From a virus (Duplodnaviria > Caudoviricetes): a DNA stretch of 59,487 bases. The DNA is taken from IMG/VR virus record IMGVR_UViG_3300036820_000019, positions 1 through 59,487 of that record, one strand, 5' to 3'. Positions 35,054 to 44,553 of this stretch are shown piece after piece (positions within the stretch are counted from its first letter, which is position 1; each line of letters begins with the position of its first letter). The translations under genes and the position numbers were made by a program. Under the pieces are notes generated by a model, which saw only the letters and a list, made by a program, of their open reading frames with translations, was not told the origin of the DNA and did no database searches.

Positions 35054-36247
35054 CTAGGCGGCCGCGTAAGCGAACTTGGCGACCTGCTCGATGACCAGCT
35101 CGGCCGTCTTCGGCGTGGCCGAGGAGACCTGCGTGTGCCAGCCCTTCGTAGCCGTCGAGGCGACCTGCGTGCCGAGGAGGTCACAGTGCGGAACCGTCGG
35201 AGGCTCGACTGTGATGGTGAACGTCGTTATGACGTCGCCAGTCGTCGGGTCGACGTAGCCCTCGACGATCTTCTCGCCGGGGTAGATCGCACGCCAGGTG
35301 ACGACGGCTTGCTTCGAGAAGTCGAGCGGCGCGGCGTCATAGACCTCGGAGAACGGAGCAGTCGAGGCGGGCGGTGAAGCAGTGCCGTGCCACGACGTCG
35401 TCAGCGCAGTGTTGGCGTTCGCCGGGACCTTGCCGGTGTTCGCCGCGGCCGCCTCGTTGTTGAGCCCGCCCTCGGAGTCGTCGATCTCCTCGTACGCGGT
35501 CGTGCCCTTGGCGGGTGCGTTCTCGTCGGGGAGAGCCCAGAACGCCGTCCAGAGCCCCGAGTTGCAATCGGGCCGTATGGCGTTGCGCAGGTGCAGAGTC
35601 GGGATTCCCGAGGCGACCTGATGCTTGCCGTAGTCGGAGATCATCATCGAGGAGAAGTCCGTCGGCGAAACTTCGGTCGTCGTTATGACCATGCCCTTGC
35701 CCGGCACGAGTGCTATCGCCTCGACGGTGTCGACGTCGTAGCCGAACTGGCTGTCGTAGTTCGGCGGCCAGATACCGCCGGGTCCGCCTTCGGGGCCCAT
35801 GACCCAGTCGTCGGTTATGGGCGGTGCATCCTCGGCGGTGTAGTCGATGTCGAACGAGGTGACCGTGAACTTCGGGTCGATCTTGGCGGCGATCTGAGCG
35901 AGAGTCGAGAGGGTCGCTGGCGGTGCGGGTGGCGAGACCGGCGGCGGTGTCACGACGACTGGCGGCGGTTCCACGGGCGGGGGTGTTACCACCACCACCG
36001 GCGGCCCGTTCGGGTTTGCTTGGATGTACGCCTCGGCGAGGGCGATTGGCGTGTTGAGGTCGCCGGAGGCCTTCGCCATCTTCGGTTGAACCGACTTGAA
36101 CACGGACTGCGGAACGGCCATCCGGAGCGTGTTGTCGGCGGTGTCGATGTCCTGTTGCGCCAGACGCATACCGGCGTAGGCGGTGCGCAGGATCGAGTCA
36201 GCCGTCGGTGCGGTTGCCTCGTCGGTCTCTTCGATTTCCTCGGGCAT
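35054..36247 (-). CDS. GH16-like glycoside hydrolase with helical N-terminus and Pro-rich linker
   Basis: GLWTAFWAL...EEIDDSEG matches the GH16 WxAFW...EIDxxE motif. Confidence 0.65.
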   Translation of the reverse strand: MPEEIEETDEATAPTADSILRTAYAGMRLAQQDIDTADNTLRMAVPQSVFKSVQPKMAKASGDLNTPIALAEAYIQANPNGPPVVVVTPPPVEPPPVVVTPPPVSPPAPPATLSTLAQIAAKIDPKFTVTSFDIDYTAEDAPPITDDWVMGPEGGPGGIWPPNYDSQFGYDVDTVEAIALVPGKGMVITTTEVSPTDFSSMMISDYGKHQVASGIPTLHLRNAIRPDCNSGLWTAFWALPDENAPAKGTTAYEEIDDSEGGLNNEAAAANTGKVPANANTALTTSWHGTASPPASTAPFSEVYDAAPLDFSKQAVVTWRAIYPGEKIVEGYVDPTTGDVITTFTITVEPPTVPHCDLLGTQVASTATKGWHTQVSSATPKTAELVIEQVAKFAYAAA

Positions 36248-36262
36248 GGCGAGCCTCCTGGG

Positions 36263-37777
36263 TTAGACGTTGATGGACGCGGCGAGCCTATCTACCGCGG
36301 CGGCCGTGAGACCAGCCGCCTTGATCGTCTCCTCGAGCACGTGCAAGCGAGCAGACAAGGCGAGGAACATGTCACGGGCTGGGTCGTGAACGACTCGACC
36401 GGCGGCGACCATGGCGGTGCAGACCATCTCGTCGCCGACGCGCTCGTAGTGCTCCCAGGCGCGACCGTCCGCCTCGAACGCCGGACCGCCCGCGGCGGCC
36501 AGACCTCGCGGGATCGGGAACCCAGGAACGGGGACCTGGCAGCACGCGCACATTTCGTAGTGGCCGTTGATCCAGCGCCAGTCACCCGACGGGGAGAGAG
36601 CCATGAACTCGCGGATCTGCGCCGCGGTGAGGTCGGGACGCATGGCGCCTGCGCACCAGATCCCCCACTCATCCTCGCCGACGGTGACGTCCGCGGCCAT
36701 GATCGCACCGGGCCCGCCGTCGTAGTTCGCCTTGTTCGGCGAGTAGTGCGCCTTGGCCGCCCAGACGTCGACGCCGAGGTCGGCGTGCCCGCAGTTCATC
36801 GAGAGCTGTCCCACGCGGACGTTGACGTCGTCCGAGCACGGGTAGTCACCGGTCAGAAAGAACGGGTACGACTCCGACGAGTGCGGCGCGTATTTCTTCG
36901 TGTTGCCGTACCCGGTGTGCGGCGTGCGCCAGTCGGCCAGGTGACCGTAGACCCGGCCCTCCTCGGTGACGGTGAGCGGCGTCGGACCGGAAAGAGCCGG
37001 CTGCGCGAACCATGCCGAGGGCGCGGCACCGTCTCGGAAGTTGGCACCCGAGGCGACGAGCATCGGCACCGTGACGGGCGGAGGCTCGACGCCGGTTCCC
37101 ATGGGCGGCACGATCTCAAGTGTCACGTCGATAGGCGCGATGACACACTGCGGAAAGGCGGGCTTCGAGACGATGGTCCCGCCCATCATCCGGTACGACG
37201 TCATGACTTCGTACACGGAGCCGTAAAACAGGGCGTCCCAGAAGTCGTCGCCGGAGATCGGCTCGCCGGTGTCACCGGAGCAGTAGTTCGAGGCGAGGAC
37301 TTCGATGTCCGCGGAGACGAACCGGGTCCCGCCTTGCAGAGCGACTTGCCGTGCGCATTCCTGGCCGTGCTCGCCGCCGAGGTCGAACGAGCCGGTCTGG
37401 TAGATGAGAGCCCAGGTTCCGCCGTCCTGGTCGATGCGCTCCGAGGTCTCGATGGCGCCGACCGTGACGGCGTCGGTGTGGCCGTAGTCGGTCTCGCGCT
37501 GCCACATCAGCGGCAGGGGAAGCGGGCGAGTCGATCCGGCGTTGAGTTCGGCAGCGCGACCGTCGGTCGTTTGCAGGCCCTCGACGAACATGTACGCGTG
37601 CCACTTCGCCGGGAGCTGCGCGATCTCCTCGGGCGTCAGCGGTGTGGCGGCCGCGGTGGTCGGCTCGGTCTCGACGACAGGAGTGTCGGCGACAGAAGTG
37701 TCGGGTGCGACGAGCTGGTCGAGGTCCGCCTGCAAGTCGGTGAACTGGTACCGGCGCAGCGCCATCTTCGGGTTCAT
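36263..37777 (-). CDS. Capsid maturation protease (two protease-like domains)
   Basis: EGLQTTDGR, PLPLMWQ, GH, VSAD, KPAF; second domain GRVYGHLA, GEDEWGIW, SGDWR, VPGFP. Confidence 0.85.
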   Translation of the reverse strand: MNPKMALRRYQFTDLQADLDQLVAPDTSVADTPVVETEPTTAAATPLTPEEIAQLPAKWHAYMFVEGLQTTDGRAAELNAGSTRPLPLPLMWQRETDYGHTDAVTVGAIETSERIDQDGGTWALIYQTGSFDLGGEHGQECARQVALQGGTRFVSADIEVLASNYCSGDTGEPISGDDFWDALFYGSVYEVMTSYRMMGGTIVSKPAFPQCVIAPIDVTLEIVPPMGTGVEPPPVTVPMLVASGANFRDGAAPSAWFAQPALSGPTPLTVTEEGRVYGHLADWRTPHTGYGNTKKYAPHSSESYPFFLTGDYPCSDDVNVRVGQLSMNCGHADLGVDVWAAKAHYSPNKANYDGGPGAIMAADVTVGEDEWGIWCAGAMRPDLTAAQIREFMALSPSGDWRWINGHYEMCACCQVPVPGFPIPRGLAAAGGPAFEADGRAWEHYERVGDEMVCTAMVAAGRVVHDPARDMFLALSARLHVLEETIKAAGLTAAAVDRLAASINV

Positions 37778-38733
37778 CGTTTCCTCCTGGCTTTCTTCGC
37801 CTGCAATCGGCGAGCCTCACGGTTCGGGCCCTGGTAGCCACCGGCTCGAATGACGACCTCGAATCCACCGAGCTTGCCGACCGAGACAGTATGCCCCGGA
37901 TCTCCCTTGAACGGCGAGATTCCCGCCGCGGCGAGGACGTCGGGCGGTGGATCTGCGGCCGCCGCGGTGGCCGTCGGTGCCGGTTCCATGACGAGCCAGC
38001 ACCGGCAGTTCGCGACCTCGGCCTCGGACCCGTTCGGGTCGCCTGGGTACATGAGATCTTCGCCGCCGACGGTGAACGACTGATCAACCGGGATCGTCGT
38101 GCCGTCGACCTCTAGGTGGTCCTCACGCACTTTCGAGTCGCCCATGGTCGTCCACGTCTTTTGCATCGCCTGGCCCGCGCCCTGCACCGTGAGCGCCGCC
38201 TGAGTCGAGAGGGCGTTCGCGAAGAAATTGGCCGACCTCGCGACGTACGACGACTGGATGTCCGCGGCGTCGAACAGCGAGTTCATCGAGGCGGCGAGTT
38301 TGCCTTCGTCGGTGGCCGTCGAGATCGTCAGCGACACCCGTTGCGAGACCCGGTCGGCGAGGGCGTTCGTTTTCTTCATGATGCCGCCGGTCGCCTCGTT
38401 GAGGGAGTTCGCCACCGACCCGCCGTCAGCACCGGGCTTGAGGCCGAGGAGGTACGCCGACCCGCCTTGCACGCCTGCCGTCTTGGCGACGTCGTCGATG
38501 ATCTCCGTGAGTACCGCGCGGACGCGCGGTTCGGTGACGGTCTCGGCAGTATTGGCGAACCCGGCGAGGTCGAACGGATCGGGCGGTGGCGTGCCTGGCT
38601 TAAGCCCCAGGGCGAGCACGGCCTTTCGGTGTATGAGGAACGCGGCCGCTATGGCTGCGGCGATCTGGCGCTCGTACTTGGCGACCTTCCACGCAGCGAT
38701 TGACCGTCTCGCCTCGTGTCTGCCGTCAGCCAC
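37774..38733 (-). CDS. MuF-like minor head protein
   Basis: KTWTTMGDSKVREDH...YPGDP...NCRC. Confidence 0.9.
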   Translation of the reverse strand: MADGRHEARRSIAAWKVAKYERQIAAAIAAAFLIHRKAVLALGLKPGTPPPDPFDLAGFANTAETVTEPRVRAVLTEIIDDVAKTAGVQGGSAYLLGLKPGADGGSVANSLNEATGGIMKKTNALADRVSQRVSLTISTATDEGKLAASMNSLFDAADIQSSYVARSANFFANALSTQAALTVQGAGQAMQKTWTTMGDSKVREDHLEVDGTTIPVDQSFTVGGEDLMYPGDPNGSEAEVANCRCWLVMEPAPTATAAAADPPPDVLAAAGISPFKGDPGHTVSVGKLGGFEVVIRAGGYQGPNREARRLQAKKARRKR

Positions 38734-39037
38734 TTTCGCCGTCGGGATTGTCGTCGAACGTGCGGCCGTAGAGGTTGCGTGCGGTCAGCGAGGCGGGCGC
38801 CTTGATCCAGCCCATGAGCGCCATGTCGCGCTCGTTCAGACCGACGACCGAATCCTCGGGCGAGACGAGCTCTATGACCGTCATCTCTGGGATGCGGCCT
38901 TCGCGCATGGCCGTCAGGATCTCCTCTCGGAGCGTCTCGTCGTCGTCCTCGGTGGCCGCCGGGTCGAGATGGATGACGAGAGCGACCGAGTCCTTCGAGA
39001 TCCCGGCGAACCGCTTGTTGAACTCCTCGTCAGTCAA
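38726..39037 (-). CDS. Acidic hypothetical protein
   Basis: Coupled ORF; GGAGG RBS. Confidence 0.65.
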   Translation of the reverse strand: MTDEEFNKRFAGISKDSVALVIHLDPAATEDDDETLREEILTAMREGRIPEMTVIELVSPEDSVVGLNERDMALMGWIKAPASLTARNLYGRTFDDNPDGESG

Positions 39038-39380
39038 TGAACCCTCCGATCAGCGCGTGAGCCGAGACGCACACGAGGTAGCCGTCCGGGTGCGCGTCGA
39101 GGAACGTGAGCAGCTTCTCGCGGTCGGCGGGCCTGCACTCGGGACGGTTGCCGCCCTGCAATGCGAACGCCGTGAGGTAGCCGCGAGCCTGGCGGGCGTG
39201 GCACACGAACGTCGACATTCGGGAGTTCATGCGGTCGTCGAGTTCCGTCACGAGGTCGTACTCGAGGAGGGTTTCCGTGGCGCCTATGCCCGAGCGGTCG
39301 TTCGTGGCACCGTACTTCACGCACCACGTGCGCGTCAGGGTCGACTCGACGTCGTCGTCGGTGTCGGCGGGCTCGTTCAT
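39030..39380 (-). CDS. Hypothetical protein, paralog B
   Basis: WCVKY...FLDAHPDGYLVCVSA. Confidence 0.75.
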   Translation of the reverse strand: MNEPADTDDDVESTLTRTWCVKYGATNDRSGIGATETLLEYDLVTELDDRMNSRMSTFVCHARQARGYLTAFALQGGNRPECRPADREKLLTFLDAHPDGYLVCVSAHALIGGFID

Positions 39381-39742
39381 GCCACGACAGCGTAGGCGGA
39401 AACGGCGACGAGGTAGCCGTCCGGGTGCGCGTCGAGGAATCGTTCGAGGGCCTGCCGGTCGCCCGGTTTCGCCTCGGGTCGGTGCCGCCCTTGAATGGCG
39501 ATCATGTCGAGGGCCGGGCGGGCGCGTGCGGCCTCCGCGACGAAGAACTCCGGCAGGGAATCGAGGCGGTCACCGAGCGCCAGACACAGTTCGTATTCGG
39601 CCTGCGCCTGGGCGCCGGAAAGGTGCGCACGGTCGACGGCCGCGGTGTACTTCACGACCCATCGGCGATTCCGGGTGAGAGGTTCGGCCGGTCCCTGTTT
39701 CAGACCGCCCAGCGTTTGCCGGTACCGGTGGCGCGAGATCAT
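39377..39742 (-). CDS. Hypothetical protein, paralog A
   Basis: WVVKY...FLDAHPDGYLVAVSA; ATG overlaps the portal stop. Confidence 0.75.
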   Translation of the reverse strand: MISRHRYRQTLGGLKQGPAEPLTRNRRWVVKYTAAVDRAHLSGAQAQAEYELCLALGDRLDSLPEFFVAEAARARPALDMIAIQGRHRPEAKPGDRQALERFLDAHPDGYLVAVSAYAVVA

Positions 39743-41973
39743 GCGTCGACGGGCGCCGGTAGGGCGTCGTCGACGAGGGCCGAGAACGTGGCGAGGTCGA
39801 CGATGTGAGCCGAGTCGAACAGACGGGCGCGGGTGTTCGCTTCGAGGAGTGCCGTCGCTTTCTCGGCGAGGTCGCCAGGCGACTCGCAACCGTGCTCACG
39901 GGCCCATGCCGCGACCATGCGCGAGAACGCCGAGAACTCACCGGCGACGGAGAGGTCCCATTCGCCGAGGAGTGCCGCCGAGGTTGTCGGTCCCAGGGTC
40001 GCGGCGACCTCAGCATTCGAGACGCCGGAGACGAGAGCCGCGGCGGCCGGGTTCTTCGGCACGACCGTCCGCAGTTTGGCGCCGACTTTCTCGACGGCTT
40101 TCTCGACGGCGTACATGGCGGCCGAGTGCACACGGAGCGCCAAGATCCCGACGGCGACGGCGTGTCGCTCCGAGGAGGCCGCGACGGCCTTCGGTGCGGC
40201 CACAGGACCGACGGGCGGGGCGGCGGGCCCTCCGACGGTGCCAGGCGGTGCCGGTGCAGGCGGAGCAGCGGGCGGCAGAGGTAGCCCGGTTTGCGGGTCG
40301 ACCGCTGGCGGCGGTGCGCCGTTGACCGCATCACCCGAGCCCGGCGCGGGCTGGTCGTACGGGTCCGTGCCATCCGGGAACTTGTACTGGCCCTCGGTGT
40401 TGCCCGGTTGATTCTTGAGTTGCAGGAGCGCCGGGTCGACCACGACGGGCAAGTCGACGTCGGTGCCACGGACCATGACCCGGAAGTTCAACTCCTGCGC
40501 CTGGCGGATGCGGCGAGCGATCTCGTCGTCGTCCGGTGCGTCGTCCTCCGTGAAGCCGAGGGTCTGGCGGTAGGCGTGGTCGGAGATCGCGATCGCGTCG
40601 TGTGCCTTCTCGGCGGCCGCGGTGCGGTCCGGCTTCGAGATGAGATGCGAGGCGTCGTACCAAGCGAGTTGCTTCTTGATCTCCGGCGGCACGGGTGACC
40701 CAGGCTTGAGCCCGCGCCGTTGCATGAGCTTCGGCCAGAGGTAGCCGCGGGTCAGGGCCTCGCACACTTCCGAGAGACCGGGCTCGATGTAGAGGCGGAA
40801 AGCGTCCTCGGTGATTTGGAACGCGTTCGAGAACGTCGTCGAGGCGTGGCCGAAGATCCACTCCGGCGGGAGTTCGATGCCCTGGGCGAATCGCTCGAGC
40901 GCCTCGCGCCGTTTCGCCATGGCGACCGCGGCATCCGGGCGCGCGAACGACAGGTACTTGATCCCCTTGTCGATCAGCTCCGCCGGACCTCGCATGACGA
41001 TGGGTGCGACGCCGGCTGCGGTGCCCTTGTTCTCGATGGCGTTGATCATCGTCGTGATGATCTCTCGGGTGAACGGGTCGAAGTCCTCCGTGCCGGGCTG
41101 CGCGTCGTCGTCGTTCGGGAACGAGAACTCGTCGGCGATTGCCATGACACCGGCGGACGAGATGCGTGAGACCGTCTCGCCGCGGACCTCCCGAGTAAGC
41201 AAGACGATCTCATCGAGGATTTCGAGGAGGGCCCGCACCGAGGAGTCGGCGTGTCGCGAGAACCGGGGGTGCGGTCGCCAGATGCGGCAGATGAACGCGT
41301 CGTCCGGGAGCTGCCGAGGGTTGAACCCTGGGCCGTAGTACTTCATCCAGCGGACGTTCTGCGGGCGGTTCGTGGCGTTGTACGCGGCCGACGAGGAGAT
41401 CGGCCGCAGTTCGTCAGTCGACAGGACCTCCCACGTTCCGGCGTTGCCGTCGATGGCGTCGTTGAGATACAGGAAGCACTCGCCGACCATGAACGTGTTT
41501 CGACCCATGCGCTCCATGAGGTACGCCTGGGAGCCGTACGGCGATTGCAACTCCGCCAGGATCTCAGTCGCCTCGTCGGCCATCGTCTTCTCGGGCGAGT
41601 CGTCGTCGAAGGTCATCGAGACGGTGCCCTCCTCGTTGGCGACAGCACCGACGAGGTTCACCCGGCGAAAGCAGTTGCCGTAGATGCGAGCGGCGTTCGA
41701 GAGCTCACCGACGAGGTCGATGTATCCCCAGGCGTCGGTCTGCCACTGGCGAGTCGCCGACGGTGGCGGAACGGCCTCGGGATTCTCGGCGCCCTTCGTG
41801 AACACCGACGCGGCACCGGTGAGAGCTTCACGGTCGAGGACGTGCCCGGCGGCATAGGCACGCTGCGCGGCGATCTGGTGAGCGATGTCGAACCGCGGCC
41901 GCTTCGCCTCCTCGGCTCGAACGACCTCGTGACCCTCGGCCTCGATGACCGACCTACGACTCCAAGGTGCCAC
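39739..41973 (-). CDS. Portal protein
   Basis: WQTDAWGYIDLVGEL, VGECFL, RIWRPHPR...ADSSVR, ISDHAYRQTLGFTEDDAP. Confidence 0.88.
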   Translation of the reverse strand: MAPWSRRSVIEAEGHEVVRAEEAKRPRFDIAHQIAAQRAYAAGHVLDREALTGAASVFTKGAENPEAVPPPSATRQWQTDAWGYIDLVGELSNAARIYGNCFRRVNLVGAVANEEGTVSMTFDDDSPEKTMADEATEILAELQSPYGSQAYLMERMGRNTFMVGECFLYLNDAIDGNAGTWEVLSTDELRPISSSAAYNATNRPQNVRWMKYYGPGFNPRQLPDDAFICRIWRPHPRFSRHADSSVRALLEILDEIVLLTREVRGETVSRISSAGVMAIADEFSFPNDDDAQPGTEDFDPFTREIITTMINAIENKGTAAGVAPIVMRGPAELIDKGIKYLSFARPDAAVAMAKRREALERFAQGIELPPEWIFGHASTTFSNAFQITEDAFRLYIEPGLSEVCEALTRGYLWPKLMQRRGLKPGSPVPPEIKKQLAWYDASHLISKPDRTAAAEKAHDAIAISDHAYRQTLGFTEDDAPDDDEIARRIRQAQELNFRVMVRGTDVDLPVVVDPALLQLKNQPGNTEGQYKFPDGTDPYDQPAPGSGDAVNGAPPPAVDPQTGLPLPPAAPPAPAPPGTVGGPAAPPVGPVAAPKAVAASSERHAVAVGILALRVHSAAMYAVEKAVEKVGAKLRTVVPKNPAAAALVSGVSNAEVAATLGPTTSAALLGEWDLSVAGEFSAFSRMVAAWAREHGCESPGDLAEKATALLEANTRARLFDSAHIVDLATFSALVDDALPAPVDA

Positions 41974-42274
41974 TGCTACCGCCTAATCCCATGGGAGACC
42001 CGAGCAACCCGACAACGGTAGCAACCGCCGCCCATTCGACCGGGAATGTCTGCCAGTGCCAGGGCACGAGCCCGAGCCCAGCGCACCACCCGACGACCAG
42101 ACCGGATAGCCACCACCCGCAGCACCAATGGCAGAGGAGCAATTGCAGCGTCACCGGCGGTAGGTGTGAAGCAAGCCACGTGCGGGGACGGTCGAACACC
42201 GTGTCGATCATCCAGAGACGGACGAGCCTCGCGGTAGCGAGGGCCGCGAGAACGAGGACCAGCCACGCGGGCAA
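41954..42274 (-). CDS. DUF1360-like membrane protein
   Basis: LATARLVRL..D.VF..PR...LLCHWCCGWW. Confidence 0.8.
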   Translation of the reverse strand: MPAWLVLVLAALATARLVRLWMIDTVFDRPRTWLASHLPPVTLQLLLCHWCCGWWLSGLVVGWCAGLGLVPWHWQTFPVEWAAVATVVGLLGSPMGLGGSSGTLES

Positions 42275-42277
42275 GGT

Positions 42278-42448
42278 CTAAGAGATGATGGCGCGGCCGC
42301 CGCCCGAACGGACGCCGACGGAGCGAGTCGCCTTCGTCTTCGCCCAGGGAGTACGTCCGACCTTGGCGACCCGAGTCTTGATCTTGCGGCCAGCGATGGG
42401 CTTAGCCGTGTGGGCGGTCGATGCCAGTTTCGCCAGTTGGGTCGCCAT
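42278..42448 (-). CDS. Small basic protein, probably leaderless (not in ORF track)
   Basis: MATQLAKLASTAHTAKPIAGRKIKTRVAK...; TACACT 7 nt before the ATG. Confidence 0.6.
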   Translation of the reverse strand: MATQLAKLASTAHTAKPIAGRKIKTRVAKVGRTPWAKTKATRSVGVRSGGGRAIIS

Positions 42449-42465
42449 GGCCCGGAGTGTAGTGC

Positions 42466-42786
42466 CTAGTCGGCGTCGCCCTCATCCATTGCCTGTTGAA
42501 AGTCGATCATCGCCGCGGTGCGTCCCCATTCGTCGGTCGGCTCCGATGTTTCACGTGGCACGTCGGGGAACTGAGCACCCGGCGGCACGCCCTTATCGAG
42601 CACGTACATATCGACGTGTTCGGTCGCCGAGCGCATCATCGCCAGGTAGGCGCCGAGGATGTCTGATGCCTTCGGGTGACCCATCTGCACGTTCGGCATC
42701 TTCGCTTCGATCAGCGACAGTTCCTCGCGCAGCTCCTCGGTCAACTCGAGGACCCGCCTCACGTGTTGTGCTCGTTCGTCGGTCAT
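42466..42786 (-). CDS. Hypothetical protein (in-frame Cys-rich extension upstream to ~42975)
   Basis: GGAGG RBS before MTDERAQ. Confidence 0.65.
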   Translation of the reverse strand: MTDERAQHVRRVLELTEELREELSLIEAKMPNVQMGHPKASDILGAYLAMMRSATEHVDMYVLDKGVPPGAQFPDVPRETSEPTDEWGRTAAMIDFQQAMDEGDAD

Positions 42787-42967
42787 GGGTTCCTCCGGTC
42801 GTTGGGCCGAGTACATGCAATCGCCAGTGCGGCAGGCGGCGTTGTCCCGACAGTGCGACAGCATGCACCGGCGCCGGTTGAGATACGCCGTCACGACACA
42901 GAGCGAGCCGGGCCCGCACCGAGGGTCGCACGGGTAGAGGTTGCCGATCAGCGCACACGTGGGCGGC

Positions 42968-43249
42968 CTAGACATCGATGACCACGTCCCGCCAGCCGCC
43001 ACCGAAGAGTTCCTGATGCCGCGGCGGCGAGCCTGGATCGCGGGTCAGGTACAGCCAGCGCTCACCGGACCGGGCCCCGACCGACGAGAGGATGATGACC
43101 TCGTTTCGGCGCACGCCGTACAGCACCGGCGATTCGAGGAGTTCGTTCACCCGCCTCTGAGCCGCGACGCGCGTCGCGAATGACGCGGTCCGGTTGGCGT
43201 TGTACTCGACGACCTTCCACGGCCGACCACGCGAAGCCCGGCGTTGCAT
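42968..43249 (-). CDS. Hypothetical protein
   Basis: ATG overlaps the upstream TGA. Confidence 0.55.
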   Translation of the reverse strand: MQRRASRGRPWKVVEYNANRTASFATRVAAQRRVNELLESPVLYGVRRNEVIILSSVGARSGERWLYLTRDPGSPPRHQELFGGGWRDVVIDV

Positions 43250-43437
43250 CAGTCCGGCAGGTCCGACGTGTAGAGCGTGACGACCTCCCACGACTCACGG
43301 TTCGAGAACGTCATCGCTCCGGTGAGGATGTCGAAGTTAACCTTCGTCGCCTCGACCGGCCAGCCGAATTGCGCGCGAACAGCGGCCGCAATCGCGACCG
43401 CCGCCTGCGCAACCTCGGGAGTGACCTCGGCCGTCAT
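43249..43437 (-). CDS. Hypothetical protein
   Basis: MTAEVTPEV; ATGA coupling. Confidence 0.6.
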   Translation of the reverse strand: MTAEVTPEVAQAAVAIAAAVRAQFGWPVEATKVNFDILTGAMTFSNRESWEVVTLYTSDLPD

Positions 43438-43892
43438 GCGTAGTGGGAGGCGTACATCGAAGCGCCCTCCCAAAGGTGCGCCGAGCTGTAGCTCGTCATG
43501 GTGATGTACTGCCGGACCTCGTCGCCGAAGGTGTAGCTCTGGATCTTGTGCAGTTCGGCCTTGACCGGCTCCGACTCGAAGCCCTCGCACTCGCAGTTGG
43601 CGAACAGGCATCCCGAAGGGCCGAGGTCGTCGTCGTAGTGGATCGAGCCCGCGTGCTGGCAGGTGCAGAACCGGGACTTCGTCACCGGGGCAACGGGAGT
43701 CGCACGCCCGGACATAAACCCGGTCTCGGTCTCGTGCGACGACATCGGGAGAATCCAGCAGGACTTGGCGGTGACCCGAGTCACCATGTAGTAATCGACG
43801 TTCGTCTGGTCGTAGCCCCACGAGCAGACCATGATGGCGCCAGGCTCGATGACCTTGGCGACGTGTGCATCGGGGAGAAGTGCTTCGGACAT
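43434..43892 (-). CDS. SWGYDQTN-motif protein with an inserted Cys/His module
   Basis: CSWGYDQTNVDYYMV; first gene of cassette 3. Confidence 0.8.
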   Translation of the reverse strand: MSEALLPDAHVAKVIEPGAIMVCSWGYDQTNVDYYMVTRVTAKSCWILPMSSHETETGFMSGRATPVAPVTKSRFCTCQHAGSIHYDDDLGPSGCLFANCECEGFESEPVKAELHKIQSYTFGDEVRQYITMTSYSSAHLWEGASMYASHYA

Positions 43893-43981
43893 TGCGGGCC
43901 TCCTGGGGGAGAGTTTGTCGGCGCCTTGCCAACACAGGTAATGGTAATGGAGCCCGGCCGAGAGGTCAAGACAATCTTTCA
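43893..43981 (-). promoter_or_regulatory. Promoter cassette copy 3
   Basis: TGAAAGATTGTC-TTGACC-N17-TACCAT, TGTTGGC-AAGGC-GCCGACA, CTCCCCCAGGAGG. Confidence 0.88.
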
Positions 43982-44305
43982 GCCTTCGGGGTGAGACGAC
44001 GCGGACGAGTGAAGCGGGCAGGTCGGCGAATCGAGGCCCTTGTCCCAGCCGTCCTCCTCGCACGTGCAAGCACCGTGGATCGGGCACCATAGAGCCGTGA
44101 GCCCGGTGCAGGTCGTCGTCGCCGAGGCCGGGATCACCATCGGACTCTGCACCACGGCCGACATCGAGTTCGCGTACTTGCTCACGCCGTCGGCGAATGC
44201 TCCGATGAGTTCCTCACGCAGGGCGACCGAGGCATCGACAGCGTCGGCGTCGTAGATGACCTGGATCGGTTTGCCGCAGTGCGGGCACGTCAGCTCGTCG
44301 GTCAC
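43979..44305 (-). CDS. Zn-binding hypothetical protein
   Basis: CPHCG; WCPIHGACTC...CPLH. Confidence 0.65.
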   Translation of the reverse strand: MTDELTCPHCGKPIQVIYDADAVDASVALREELIGAFADGVSKYANSMSAVVQSPMVIPASATTTCTGLTALWCPIHGACTCEEDGWDKGLDSPTCPLHSSASSHPEG

Positions 44306-44553
44306 GCCTTCGCCGCCGGACCGATGTTGTCGAGGTCCCAGTATGCGCCCGCATCACCGGTCTCTTTTAACGCGCGAACGCGCGTAATGAGGACGAACGG
44401 ATCACCCATGAGCTGATCGATCCCGGCGTTCGTGATTGCCTCCTCGAGTGACTCCTCGTCGTCGAGGCGGTCGATGAGGTCACCGACAGCAACGACGGTC
44501 ACGCCCAGGCGGTCAGGGATGAGGACGTAGATCGACGACGGGTCAGCGGGCAT
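44302..44553 (-). CDS. Acidic hypothetical protein
   Basis: GAGGAG RBS; coupled ORF. Confidence 0.65.
   Translation of the reverse strand: MPADPSSIYVLIPDRLGVTVVAVGDLIDRLDDEESLEEAITNAGIDQLMGDPFVLITRVRALKETGDAGAYWDLDNIGPAAKA

Noticed and set aside
26851-37837. Long plus-strand ORFs (657, 553, 509, 816 aa)
   Set aside because: Arg/Val/Gly-rich antisense frames of well-supported minus-strand genes; stop codons are rare at this GC content
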